The notes below the pieces were generated by a model that was given only the letters and a program-made list of their open reading frames with translations, ran no database searches and was not told the origin of the DNA. Made by a program: the position numbers and the translations under genes. DNA of 64,000 bases from Candidatus Onthenecus intestinigallinarum. GTDB lineage: Bacteria; Bacillota; Clostridia; Christensenellales; Aristaeellaceae. The stretch is from NCBI GenBank assembly GCA_018713325.1, contig DVFJ01000017.1, forward strand, positions 9,355 to 73,354, written 5' to 3'. How positions within the stretch are numbered: position 1 is the stretch's first letter; each line of letters begins with the position of its first letter. Below are positions 31,209-41,048 of this stretch, piece by piece.

Positions 31209-32156
31209 TTATGCGTCCGGCGATTCCTCGTCCGCCGGTTCGTCCTCGCCGTCCTCGTCGTCGTCGTCGTGCCGCAATCCGCGGCCCACCTGCGCGCCCT
31301 CGATGTGCGGGTTGATGTAGCGGTCGAAGAATCCGTTGGCCACCGACGCGTAGATCAGCCGCGCCATCGCGTGGCCGAAGAAGATATAGTATGCCACCGC
31401 GACCAACGCCACGATCGCATTCATCCAAAGGCCCACGCACAGCACGATCAGCGGGATCGCCGTCAGCAGGCGCACAGCCACCATCTGCGGCAGGCGCGCC
31501 ATGGCCAGCAACAGACCGTTGCGCAGCAGGTCGCGCAGCCTCAGCTTGTAGCCGACCATGAGCGGATAGAGCAACGGCAGCGTAAGCGTCCACAGGATGC
31601 ACATGAGCGTGAGCAGCACCTGCGGCACATAGAACAGCGCGCTCTGCTGCGCCATCTGGCCGTAGAATACGAAGCCCACAAACGCCACCAGCGGCAGCGC
31701 GCCCGTGATCGCGGAGACGACCAGCGCCTGCTTCCAGTTGTCTCGCATCGCGTCCTTGAAGTCGCTCCACACGAACGAGTGCTGGTCGCGCGCCCAGTTG
31801 CGCGTGACGTACGCTGCGCCTGCGGACGACGGGCCCGTAATCGCCACCAGCGGGAACAGGATGAACAGGTACGTCTGCACCAGGCTCAGCAGCTGATCCC
31901 GTAGCCCCAGCAGCGCCTCCTCGCCTGCCTCTACCATCTGCACGTCAATCCCCTGCAGCGCCAACACGTTGATGTACGTCCACACGATGACCGGCAGCCA
32001 GAAGACCACCTGCATCAGGTTCACGCGGCACAGCGACCAGAAGCGCACCCGCAGCACCTCGAAGAACAATTGAAACCGGTTCGACGGCAGGTCATCCGGC
32101 GTATAGTCCGCCTTGCCCGCCTTGCCATAGTACAGCCGGTTAAAAAATCCACCCAT
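31209..32156 (-). CDS. DUF624/YesL-like membrane protein
   Basis: RFWSLCRVNL, YVTRNWARDQHSFVWSDFKDAMRDNWKQ, multiple TMs. Confidence 0.75.
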   Translation of the reverse strand: MGGFFNRLYYGKAGKADYTPDDLPSNRFQLFFEVLRVRFWSLCRVNLMQVVFWLPVIVWTYINVLALQGIDVQMVEAGEEALLGLRDQLLSLVQTYLFILFPLVAITGPSSAGAAYVTRNWARDQHSFVWSDFKDAMRDNWKQALVVSAITGALPLVAFVGFVFYGQMAQQSALFYVPQVLLTLMCILWTLTLPLLYPLMVGYKLRLRDLLRNGLLLAMARLPQMVAVRLLTAIPLIVLCVGLWMNAIVALVAVAYYIFFGHAMARLIYASVANGFFDRYINPHIEGAQVGRGLRHDDDDEDGEDEPADEESPDA

Positions 32157-32173
32157 GTCGTTTGCCTCCTTTG

Positions 32174-33343
32174 TCAGTGCTCGCCGCCGGGGGCGATCAC
32201 GCCCGCCAGGCGCGCGAACAGCTCCACGCCGTACAGCAGCGCCCGCTCGTCAAACCCGAAGCCGCTGGCGTGCAGCGGAGCCGTGTGCGCCGCGTCGCCG
32301 CAGCCGCACATGACGAACACGCCCGGCCGCTCGCGCTGGTAGAAGGAAAAGTCCTCCGCGGTCATGCGGGGGCGCTGGGGCACATACGCGTCGCCCAGCA
32401 GTGCGCGCACCCGCGCCGTCTCGGCCGGGTCGTTGACCACGCACGGGTAGAACGTGCGCTCCTCCAGCGCACACGTGACGCCAAACGCCGCCTCCGTGGC
32501 GCGCATGCAGTCCTCCAGCAGCGCCCGCACCCGCGCATACGCGTCGTCGGATAGCGTGCGCACCACGCCCTCCAGCACCGCCTGCGCCGCCAGCACATTG
32601 CGCTGCGTGCCCGCGCACATGCGCCCGAACGTCACCAGCGCCGGTACCGTCGGGTCCGTGCGCCGCGACAGTCCCGCCTGCACCAGGCATGCAAAGTGCC
32701 CCGCCGCGCACAGCGCGTCCGCGCCCAGGTGCGGCATGGCGCCGTGCGAGGCGCGGCCCTCGACAATCACGTCGATCTCGCTCGTCTGCGCCATCAGCGG
32801 CCCCTCGCCCGTGCCCACGCGCCCCAGCGGCACGTCCGGCATCAGGTGCATGCCGTACACCGCCTCCACGTGCGGGTCCTCCAGCGCGCCATCGGCGATC
32901 ATGAGCCTGGCGCCGCCGTCGGTCTCCTCCGCCGGCTGGAACAGCAGCGTCACGTCGCCCGGCAGCGATGCCCGCCGCGATGCGATCAACTCCGCCAGCG
33001 TCAGCAGGCACGCCATGTGCCCGTCGTGCCCGCAGGCGTGCATCATGCCCGGGCGCTCGCTTTCAAACCCGCAGCCCGCGGGCTCCTGCACCGGCAGCGC
33101 GTCCATATCCGCCCGGAACGCCACCGCGCGCCCGCCCTGCCCCCTGAACACCGCCCGCACGCCCGTGCCCGCGCACGGCGAGAGCGCGTCCGGCGACAGC
33201 GCCGACAGCGCCGCCATCACATACGCCTGCGTGCGGACCTCCTCGTGCCCCGGCTCCGGGATGCGGTGCAGCGCGCGCCGGTGCGCCGTCGCCCGCCCCA
33301 GCAGCGCAGCCACCGCCGGGGAAATCTCAAAGTGCGCGTCCAT
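32174..33343 (-). CDS. M20 family amidohydrolase (N-acetyldiaminopimelate deacetylase-like)
   Basis: LHRIPE, RADMDALP, MHACGHDGH, FQPAEE, AEDFSFY; divergent from asd. Confidence 0.88.
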   Translation of the reverse strand: MDAHFEISPAVAALLGRATAHRRALHRIPEPGHEEVRTQAYVMAALSALSPDALSPCAGTGVRAVFRGQGGRAVAFRADMDALPVQEPAGCGFESERPGMMHACGHDGHMACLLTLAELIASRRASLPGDVTLLFQPAEETDGGARLMIADGALEDPHVEAVYGMHLMPDVPLGRVGTGEGPLMAQTSEIDVIVEGRASHGAMPHLGADALCAAGHFACLVQAGLSRRTDPTVPALVTFGRMCAGTQRNVLAAQAVLEGVVRTLSDDAYARVRALLEDCMRATEAAFGVTCALEERTFYPCVVNDPAETARVRALLGDAYVPQRPRMTAEDFSFYQRERPGVFVMCGCGDAAHTAPLHASGFGFDERALLYGVELFARLAGVIAPGGEH

Positions 33344-33475
33344 GCCGCGCCACACTCCCTTCCAACGCACCGCGCATCGCGCGTGCGGATACGTCATATC
33401 ATACCACAGCCGGCGGCAAATTTGAAGGTTTTTTCGTTATCCCGCCGCTGACCCGACCTTTTTTTCAAAGAGGGT

Positions 33476-33504
33476 TTGACACCGCGCTCCGGGAATGCTA
33501 AGAT
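33476..33504 (+). promoter_or_regulatory. sigmaA promoter of asd
   Basis: TTGACA-17-TAAGAT with extended TG. Confidence 0.65.
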
Positions 33505-33555
33505 AAAGCATCGCCGCGACGCGGCAAAATTGCATTCAGGGAGGTCTCCTTCGCC

Positions 33556-34659
33556 ATGCAACAGCTTGATCTTTCGTCCATGAAGCGCCGCGTCGCCGTC
33601 ATTGGCGCCACGGGCATGGTCGGACAGCGCTTCGTCACGCTGCTGGCCCGCCACCCCTGGTTTGAGCTGTGCGCCGTCGCCGCCTCTGCGCGCAGCGCCG
33701 GCAAGACCTACCAGGAGGCCGTCCAGGGCCGCTGGGCCATGCAGGAGCCCATCCCCCAGGCCGCCCGCAACCTCGTCGTGATCGACGCGGCCGACACCGC
33801 CGCCGTCTGCGAGGGCGTCGACTTCTGCTTCTGCGCCGTCGACATGCCCAAGGCCGCCGTACGCGAGCTCGAGGATGCCTGCGCCCGCCTGGAGACGCCC
33901 GTCGTCTCCAACAACTCCGCGCACCGGGGCACGCCCGACGTGCCCATGATCATCCCCGAGCTCAACCCCGAGCATGCCGGCGTCATCGAGCACCAGCGCC
34001 GCCGCCTGGGCACTCGCGTGGGGTTCGTCACCGTCAAGCCCAACTGCTCCATCCAGTCCTACGTGCCCGCGCTGCACGCGCTCATGCCGCTGCGCCCCCA
34101 GCGCGCGGTCGTTAGCACCTATCAGGCCATCTCCGGCGCGGGCAAGACGTTCGAGCGCTGGCCCGAGATGCTCGACAACGTCATTCCCTACATCTCCGGC
34201 GAGGAGGAGAAGAGCGAGCAGGAGCCGCTCAAGATCTGGGGCCGCATGCAGGATGGCGTCATCGTCCCCGCGACGCAGCCCGTCATCAGCGCCCAGTGCG
34301 TGCGCGTGGCCGCCTCCGACGGCCATCTGGCCACCGTCTGGCTCACCCTGGGCGAGAAAGCGACGCCTGAGGATCTCATCGCCCGCTGGCGCGCCTATCG
34401 CGGCCTGCCCCAGCAGCTGGGGCTTCCCTCCGCGCCCGATCCTTTCATCTCCTACTTTGACGAGCCCGACCGTCCTCAGACCCGCCTGGATCGCGACGCC
34501 GGTCACGGCATGGGCATCACCCTGGGTCGTCTGCGCGCCGACTCGTTGTTCGACTTCCGCTTTGTGGGCCTGTCCCACAACACCCTGCGCGGCGCGGCCG
34601 GCGGCGGCGTGCTCATCGCCGAGCTGCTCGTGGCCCAGGGCTACATTCCCCGCAAGTGA
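33556..34659 (+). CDS. asd: Aspartate-semialdehyde dehydrogenase
   Basis: IGATGMVGQRF, KPNCSIQSY, YQAISGAG, SHNTLRGAAGG. Confidence 0.96.
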   Translation: MQQLDLSSMKRRVAVIGATGMVGQRFVTLLARHPWFELCAVAASARSAGKTYQEAVQGRWAMQEPIPQAARNLVVIDAADTAAVCEGVDFCFCAVDMPKAAVRELEDACARLETPVVSNNSAHRGTPDVPMIIPELNPEHAGVIEHQRRRLGTRVGFVTVKPNCSIQSYVPALHALMPLRPQRAVVSTYQAISGAGKTFERWPEMLDNVIPYISGEEEKSEQEPLKIWGRMQDGVIVPATQPVISAQCVRVAASDGHLATVWLTLGEKATPEDLIARWRAYRGLPQQLGLPSAPDPFISYFDEPDRPQTRLDRDAGHGMGITLGRLRADSLFDFRFVGLSHNTLRGAAGGGVLIAELLVAQGYIPRK

Positions 34660-34705
34660 TGACGAACCCTGCGCCAGGGAATTCCCGGAAGCCCGGGCTT
34701 TTCAC

Positions 34706-34737
34706 CATCCTTCTCCTTCGATGGAGAAGGATTTTTT
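34706..34737 (+). terminator. Intrinsic terminator after asd
   Basis: ATCCTTCTCC-TTCGAT-GGAGAAGGAT followed by a T run. Confidence 0.75.
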
Positions 34738-34826
34738 CGTGCGCGCAGCGAAATGAATACTCTTATCGGCTTTTGCGCGGCCCGATGCCGCGTTTTGGAT
34801 TTTGCTGGATGTCGAGGTGATCCTTC

Positions 34827-36764
34827 GTGCTCTGTCCCTTCTGCGGCAAACGTACCGATTCCCATAAGCCGTCCTGTCAGCACTGCGGCAAGAGCCTGCG
34901 CGCCCCCCGCCGTACCGCACAGGAGCCGGACGCACCGGAGACGCCGCTGCGCGTCTACAACGACGAGACATATGTCCGCCCGCCGCGCCGCCGCCGTCCG
35001 GACGCCCCGGCGGATGATATGAACGCCCCGGCGGGCAGCGCGAAACTCCGGACGAGCGTCGAAAATGCCTCCGCAGGCGTCCCTCGCCCCGATCCCCGCA
35101 GCCGCGCGGGCCGGGTGCGGGTGCGGCACTCGCCGCGGCGGCAGGATACGCGCCGCGCAGATGAGGAACGGTTGGAGAAGCTGTTGCGGCGCGGACCGGT
35201 GCGCCGGCGGCGCGTGCACTGGGGCCGGATGGTGGGCGGCGTGTCGCTGCTGGCGGCGTTCATTCTGGTGGGCGTGACGCTGCTGCTTACGCGCACCGCA
35301 GCAGGCCAGCGGCAGCTGGCGGCTTGGGGATACGACGTGCCGGCCAGTGCGTATATCAGTCTGGGTGACGGGCTGCTGGACGGCGGCGACATCACCGGCG
35401 CGATTGCGGCCTATGAGCGCGCGCGGGAACTGGAGCCCGACAGCGTTGAAGCCGCGTTGGACCTGGGCTCGGTCTACGAGACCGACGGCAGGCAGGAGGA
35501 GGCCATGGCGATCTATCAGGAGCTGATGGACACGCTGGCCCCGCAGCATACCGAGGCCTACACGCGCATGATCCGCATCTACCGCGACGCGGGCAACGCG
35601 CAGGCCGCGGTGGATCTGATGCAGCTGGCCTATGAGACGACCGGGCAGTCCTCGTTTGAGACGATGCGCCGCGAGTACATGCCCACCGTGCCCACGGCCA
35701 GCTATACGGCGGCCGACGAGGCGGACCAGAACGTCTTTGAGCTGAAGAACAACCGCTCCAACTACGAGTTCGACGTGACGCTCAGCGCGCAGGAAGGCGC
35801 GAGCATCTACTACACGTTGGACGGCGAGACGCCGGGGCCGGACAAGTCGCTGTATGAGGCGGGGCAGAAGATCCGCTGCGCCGAGGGCTCCACGCGCATA
35901 CGCGCGGTGGCGGTGTCGGCGCAGGGCGTGCTCAGCGAGGAGTTTGACGAGACGTATACCGTCGTCATCCCCACGCCCAACTCGCCCAAGGCCAACTATG
36001 CCTCCGGTCCCTATTCGCGCGTCATCAGCGTATCGCTGCGTGCGGACGAGGGCACCGCGGCGATCTACTACACGCTGGACGGCACCTCGCCCACGACGCA
36101 GTCGCTGCTCTACGAGGGGCCGATCACGCTGCCGGTGGGCGATTCGACGCTCAAGGCCATCGCGGTGATGGAGGACGGGCGGCAGAGCTATGAGATGACC
36201 TGCACCTATGCGATCAACGTGACGCAAAAGCGCGTCTTCCGCACGGAGGACACGTTCGACGGCCTGACGCTGATGAAGACGACGTATGCCTCGTTCGTCA
36301 AGAAATACGGAGAGCCGCTCTCTTACGAGCGGCTCGAGGGAGAAAACGCCTATGCGCGTGGCGAGAGCTATGAGGGCGTGTGGGCGCAGACGACGGCGCG
36401 CTTTGTGAGCCTGGATGGCGACGACGCAGTGCTCTACTGCCTTTTCACGCAGGATACGTCGTTCAAGGGGCCGCGCAGCACGCGCGTGGGCAGCGAAGAG
36501 ACCGACGTGACCTCCGCATTCCGCGACAAGGGCGGCATGCCCGTCAACGACCGCGGCGACCGGCTGCTGTACAACATCGACAGCCTGGGCCAAGAGATCG
36601 GCACCTACCGGGTGCTGGATGACGGCGGCGCGCTGATCGAATACTACTGCCCGTCGGAGGACGAGAACTGCTATGTGCAGCTGACGTATACCGTGTCGGA
36701 GGGCGTGGTCGACTCCATCCTGTGGCAGCAGTATGTGAGCGCCACCGCGCAGGAGAGCGAGTGA
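34827..36764 (+). CDS. Membrane-anchored protein with zinc ribbon, TPR and two chitobiase/beta-hexosaminidase C-terminal-like domains
   Basis: CPFC...CQHCG, one TM, TPR helices, two IYYTLDG.TP motifs. Confidence 0.8.
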   Translation: MLCPFCGKRTDSHKPSCQHCGKSLRAPRRTAQEPDAPETPLRVYNDETYVRPPRRRRPDAPADDMNAPAGSAKLRTSVENASAGVPRPDPRSRAGRVRVRHSPRRQDTRRADEERLEKLLRRGPVRRRRVHWGRMVGGVSLLAAFILVGVTLLLTRTAAGQRQLAAWGYDVPASAYISLGDGLLDGGDITGAIAAYERARELEPDSVEAALDLGSVYETDGRQEEAMAIYQELMDTLAPQHTEAYTRMIRIYRDAGNAQAAVDLMQLAYETTGQSSFETMRREYMPTVPTASYTAADEADQNVFELKNNRSNYEFDVTLSAQEGASIYYTLDGETPGPDKSLYEAGQKIRCAEGSTRIRAVAVSAQGVLSEEFDETYTVVIPTPNSPKANYASGPYSRVISVSLRADEGTAAIYYTLDGTSPTTQSLLYEGPITLPVGDSTLKAIAVMEDGRQSYEMTCTYAINVTQKRVFRTEDTFDGLTLMKTTYASFVKKYGEPLSYERLEGENAYARGESYEGVWAQTTARFVSLDGDDAVLYCLFTQDTSFKGPRSTRVGSEETDVTSAFRDKGGMPVNDRGDRLLYNIDSLGQEIGTYRVLDDGGALIEYYCPSEDENCYVQLTYTVSEGVVDSILWQQYVSATAQESE

Positions 36765-36765
36765 C

Positions 36766-37863
36766 TCACAGCCCGTCGGTCAGGCGCACCAGCGTCATAG
36801 ACGGCGGGTTGAACAGGCGCATGGGCGGCTGCACGTTCGGGCGCACGCCCAATCCGCTGCTGACGTGCTGGCGCAGCGTGCCGGAGGTAATCAGCCCTTC
36901 GACTGCGCCCGTGCCGGGAAACAGTCCGTATCCTGATACGTAGATGGGCCCCAGCAGCGGCAGCCGCGCCTGTCCGCCGTTGTAGTGGCCGGAGAGCACC
37001 AGATCAATCGTCGCCAGGAAGGATGAGACTCTCTGTGTGCGCGTGGTCGTCATGGCGCGCACAAAACTGTCGCTCAGCGGTCGATGCGAGAGCACGATGC
37101 ACGCGTCCTCGTCCTGCATGAGCGCGCGTGCCTCCTCAATGCGGTCCATGCGCTCCAGTTGATACGTCGCCACAAATCGCGTGGCCTCATTCTGCGCGCT
37201 CTCCAGCTGCTGCGTGTACGTCGCGCGTGCGGCGTCCAGGTTGAGGCTGAGCGCGTCCTCGGGCGTGAACCACAGCCGCGCGCCGCCGGTCTCCACTAGG
37301 TAGGGCGCGTCCAGGTAGACCGCGCCGCGCTCCTGCGCGCCCTGCACGTACAGCGCCATGGACGCGCCATCGAGCGGGGCCGGGTCGTTTTCTCCCGTGA
37401 CAAAGAGCACGGGCGTCTGCCGTCCGACGGCCTCGATCAACTCATAGAAGGGCGTGGGGTCGCCGTCCGGGCCCAGCATGTCGCCGGTGATGCACACGAT
37501 GTTGTAGCGGGCGTCCGCAACCGCATCGGCAATGGTCTGCTGCTGCTGTCCAAAGCGCGCGCCGTACAAGTCGGACGCGTGCAGGATCGTATAGCCCGCC
37601 AGCGCTTTGTTCAGGCCGGGCAGCGGCACGTCCACTGTTTCCACGCGCACGATGCGGTTGAGCACGGCGTTGACCCCCAGCGCGCCGGCAATCAGCAGCA
37701 AAACTGCCAGCACCACGGCCAGCGGCGCGCGCCAGTTGCGCCGCGGTTTGGTGAACATGACATAGCCCTCCTCGTCGAAGGGCTTGTGGCGCACGGCGTA
37801 GCGCGCGGGAATATGGCCGTAGGGGTTGCGGTTGCGGTCAGTTCGCCGGTTCATCGCGCTCAC
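36766..37863 (-). CDS. Metallophosphoesterase (YkuE-like, degenerate metal ligands)
   Basis: HASDLYG, ITGDM, VTGENDP, LSHRP, LSGHYNGGQ. Confidence 0.8.
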   Translation of the reverse strand: MSAMNRRTDRNRNPYGHIPARYAVRHKPFDEEGYVMFTKPRRNWRAPLAVVLAVLLLIAGALGVNAVLNRIVRVETVDVPLPGLNKALAGYTILHASDLYGARFGQQQQTIADAVADARYNIVCITGDMLGPDGDPTPFYELIEAVGRQTPVLFVTGENDPAPLDGASMALYVQGAQERGAVYLDAPYLVETGGARLWFTPEDALSLNLDAARATYTQQLESAQNEATRFVATYQLERMDRIEEARALMQDEDACIVLSHRPLSDSFVRAMTTTRTQRVSSFLATIDLVLSGHYNGGQARLPLLGPIYVSGYGLFPGTGAVEGLITSGTLRQHVSSGLGVRPNVQPPMRLFNPPSMTLVRLTDGL

Positions 37864-38088
37864 TCCGTTCAGGGCTGCGGGCCCTTTTGCGTCAATTCGT
37901 CACGGTTCTATTATAAGCGCCGCAGACAGCGTGCGCAACGCAAAAAAGCGCACGAAACGGAAGGAATTTTGTTCCTGCGCGTCATACGGTCGGCGCCTTC
38001 GCCGACGCGCTTCGAGCGCCTTTGTCATGGCGCGGCGGCGGCGCGTGTGGTATAATGGACGCGCACACAAGAAACGGAGGGATTGCGC

Positions 38089-39444
38089 ATGGCGCGCACG
38101 CGTACGGTCTACCGCTGCGGCGAATGCGGCTATGAGACGGGACGATGGCTGGGCCGGTGTCCTTCCTGCGGCGCCTGGAATGCGCTCAGCGAAGCGCAGA
38201 CGGCCCCCATGCGCACGCAGTCCGGCTCCGGCCCCGCACCACAGGCGCCGTTGCTGGGCGAGTTGCCGCAGACGCAGGATGCGCGCACGCGCACGGGCAT
38301 TGAGGAGCTGGACCGCGTATTGGGCGGCGGGGTGGTCGCAGGCTCACTGCTGCTGGTAGGCGGCGATCCGGGCGTGGGCAAGTCGACGTTGCTGTTGCAG
38401 GCAGCGGCGAACCTTGCGCGGGGCGGCGCGCGCGTGCTGTATGTGTCGGGCGAAGAATCCGCGGCGCAGCTGCGCATGCGCGCGCAGCGGCTGAGCGTGG
38501 AGGATGCGCCGGTGCATGTCCTCTCGGAGACGGATCTGGAGCGCGCGCAGGCGTGTTGGGAGTCGCTTTCGCCGCAATACATGGTGGTGGACTCGGTGCA
38601 GACGGTGTACCGGCCGGATGCCGGCGGCGCGCCCGGCAGCGTGACGCAGGTGCGCGAGGCAGCGGCGGTATTGATGCGCATGGCCAAGACCACGGGCTGC
38701 GCGGTGTTTCTGATCGGCCATGTGACCAAGGACGGCTCGATCGCAGGCCCGCGGATGCTGGAGCACATGGTGGATGCGGTGCTCTACTTTGAGGGCGACC
38801 GGCGGCACGGGTTTCGGATGCTGCGCGCGGCGAAGAACCGCTTCGGCTCGGTCAACGAGCTGGGGGTGTTTCGCATGACGGGGGCGGGCATGGAGTGCGT
38901 GGACAACCCGTCGCAGACGCTGCTGTCGGAGCGGTCGGCGGACATGCCGGGCTCGTGCGTGCTGTGCGCGCTGGAGGGCACGCGGCCGATGCTGGTGGAT
39001 GTGCAGGCGCTGACGGCGCGCACGGCGTTTTCCAGTCCGCGGCGCACGGCGGCGGGGCTGGACGCGGGGCGGCTGTCGCTGCTGCTGGCGGTACTGGAGA
39101 AGCGCGCCGGGCTTGCGGCGTTCGATCAGGATGTGTACGTAAACGTCGCGGGCGGGCTGGAGTTGACGGAACCCGCGGCAGACCTGGCGGTGCTGGCGGC
39201 GGTGGCCTCGAGCCTGCGCGGGCAGGGCGTGCCGCCGGGGCTGGCGGCGATGGGCGAGGTGGGCCTGGCGGGCGAAGTGCGCGCGGTTTCGCAGCTGGAG
39301 CGGCGGCTGAACGAGTGCCGGCGGCTGGGTTTTGAGGGCTGTGTGGTGCCGCGCGCGGGCCTGGAAGGCGTAAAGGCGCCGCCGGGCCTGCGGGTCTACG
39401 GCGCGCGCACCCTGCGGGAGGCGCTGGAGCTGCTGCTGGGCTGA
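38089..39444 (+). CDS. radA: DNA repair protein RadA/Sms
   Basis: CGECG...CPSC, GGDPGVGKSTLLLQ, KNRFG. Confidence 0.97.
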   Translation: MARTRTVYRCGECGYETGRWLGRCPSCGAWNALSEAQTAPMRTQSGSGPAPQAPLLGELPQTQDARTRTGIEELDRVLGGGVVAGSLLLVGGDPGVGKSTLLLQAAANLARGGARVLYVSGEESAAQLRMRAQRLSVEDAPVHVLSETDLERAQACWESLSPQYMVVDSVQTVYRPDAGGAPGSVTQVREAAAVLMRMAKTTGCAVFLIGHVTKDGSIAGPRMLEHMVDAVLYFEGDRRHGFRMLRAAKNRFGSVNELGVFRMTGAGMECVDNPSQTLLSERSADMPGSCVLCALEGTRPMLVDVQALTARTAFSSPRRTAAGLDAGRLSLLLAVLEKRAGLAAFDQDVYVNVAGGLELTEPAADLAVLAAVASSLRGQGVPPGLAAMGEVGLAGEVRAVSQLERRLNECRRLGFEGCVVPRAGLEGVKAPPGLRVYGARTLREALELLLG

Positions 39445-39465
39445 CGGACGGAGCAAAAAAGGAGG

Positions 39466-40596
39466 GTGCCGGTGAAGGGACAGAGCGTAAGGCGGCTGTT
39501 GGTCGCGCTGTGCGCGGCGATGGGCGCGCTGATTGGCGCGGGCGTGGCGGCGACGGTGGCGGCGGCGTGGGAGGCGCTGGCGGCGGACGGTGCGGCCAGC
39601 TCACCCGCACACAGCGCGATCCTGGCGCTGTATGCGTTGTTGGGCGGCGCGGGCGCGCTTACGTGCGCGCTGCTGTCGGGACCGATCCTGCGCGTGGCGC
39701 AGCGCTATGTGCGCCGGGCGGAACGGGCGCTGTGCAGTGCGCCTGTGCAGCAAGTCGTGTGTGCGGTGGCGGGGCTGATTGCCGGTCTGATCGTAGCGCT
39801 GCTGACCACGCAGCTGCTGCGCGCGGGACAGCCGCGGGAGCTGTTCACCGCGCTGACAGCGCTGGTATACGTGGTGATGGGCTATCTGGGCGCATCGTTT
39901 GGCGCACGGCGGTACAAGGAATGGCCGCTGCTGAGCGCGCTAGTGGCGCGCATGCAGGAACGCACGGCGCCGCGGGAGGCGGCGACAGGCGCACGTCCAA
40001 AGCTGCTGGACACGAGCGCCATCATCGATGGGCGCATCTGCGACATCTGTGGCACGGGCTTTGTGGAGGGCACGCTGGTGGTTCCGCAATTTGTGCTCTC
40101 AGAGCTGCGGCATATTGCCGATTCGGGCGACGCGCTGCGCCGGGCGCGGGGCCGGCGTGGGCTGGACGTGCTTTCGCAGCTGCAGAAACTGCCCGGCGTG
40201 CGCGTGGAGATCACCGACGCGGACGTGCCGGATGCGCAGGAGGTGGACGTCAAGTTGCTGCGCCTGGCCCAGCGGATGGGCGGCGTGGTCGTGACCACGG
40301 ACTACAACCTCAACAAGGTCGCCTCGCTTTCGGGCATGCGCGTGCTCAATGTCAACGAGCTGGCGGGCGCGCTGCGCCCGGCGGTGCTGCCCGGCGAAGA
40401 GCTGACCGTGCACGTCGTGCGCGAGGGCAAGGAACCCGGGCAGGGCGTGGGCTACATGGACGATGGCACGATGATCGTCGTGGAGAACGGCCGGCGGCAT
40501 GTAGGCGAGACACAGGCCGTCACGGTGACGACGGTGCTGCAGACCTCTGCGGGCCGCATGATCTTCGCGCGGCGCAAAGGGGAGCGGGCAGGCTGA
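39466..40596 (+). CDS. yacL: PIN/TRAM domain membrane protein (YacL-like)
   Basis: LLDTSAIIDGRI, RGRRGLDVL, TTDYNLNKVA, LQTSAGRMIFA; downstream of radA. Confidence 0.9.
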   Translation: MPVKGQSVRRLLVALCAAMGALIGAGVAATVAAAWEALAADGAASSPAHSAILALYALLGGAGALTCALLSGPILRVAQRYVRRAERALCSAPVQQVVCAVAGLIAGLIVALLTTQLLRAGQPRELFTALTALVYVVMGYLGASFGARRYKEWPLLSALVARMQERTAPREAATGARPKLLDTSAIIDGRICDICGTGFVEGTLVVPQFVLSELRHIADSGDALRRARGRRGLDVLSQLQKLPGVRVEITDADVPDAQEVDVKLLRLAQRMGGVVVTTDYNLNKVASLSGMRVLNVNELAGALRPAVLPGEELTVHVVREGKEPGQGVGYMDDGTMIVVENGRRHVGETQAVTVTTVLQTSAGRMIFARRKGERAG

Positions 40597-40601
40597 AACG
40601 C

Positions 40602-40636
40602 GGGCGTCCGGGGAAAATCCGGACGCCTGTTTTTTT
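40602..40636 (+). terminator. Terminator at the yacL/holin junction
   Basis: GGGCGTCCGG...CCGGACGCCT followed by a T run that overlaps the holin stop codon. Confidence 0.75.
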
Positions 40637-41048
40637 ATTCGCTTTCGCCCCGTTCTCCGAGCACGTCCAGCGCGTCGCGCAACCGCTTGGGCCACGGCAC
40701 GCCCAGCAGCGCGGTGTTTTCCAGGATCGAGATGCCCTCGTTGGCGATGTAAAAGCATACCGCCGCATTGTGCAGCGCGTTCGCGTTCATTGCCCGGTCC
40801 AGCTGCCAGGCGATCAGCACCACCAGCGCCATCATTCCCTTGCGCAGTAGCCCGTCAAATCCTGCCTTGCTCGACAGTGTTCCACCCTCGCTCTTGTGCG
40901 ACACCCCGCGCCATGCGCAGACCAGCCCCGTCGCGTAATCCGCCGCCATGAACGCCGCCAGCGTCTGTACTCCAGCCGGCAGAGCGCACCACAGTCCCAT
41001 TACCGCTCCTATGCACGCTGCCATTCCCTTCGTCATTCTGTCCCACAT
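40635..41048 (-). CDS. Phage holin (toxin secretion/phage lysis holin family)
   Basis: DYATGL, LSSKAGFDGLLRKG, FYIANEGISILEN...LGVPWP. Confidence 0.92.
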   Translation of the reverse strand: MWDRMTKGMAACIGAVMGLWCALPAGVQTLAAFMAADYATGLVCAWRGVSHKSEGGTLSSKAGFDGLLRKGMMALVVLIAWQLDRAMNANALHNAAVCFYIANEGISILENTALLGVPWPKRLRDALDVLGERGESE

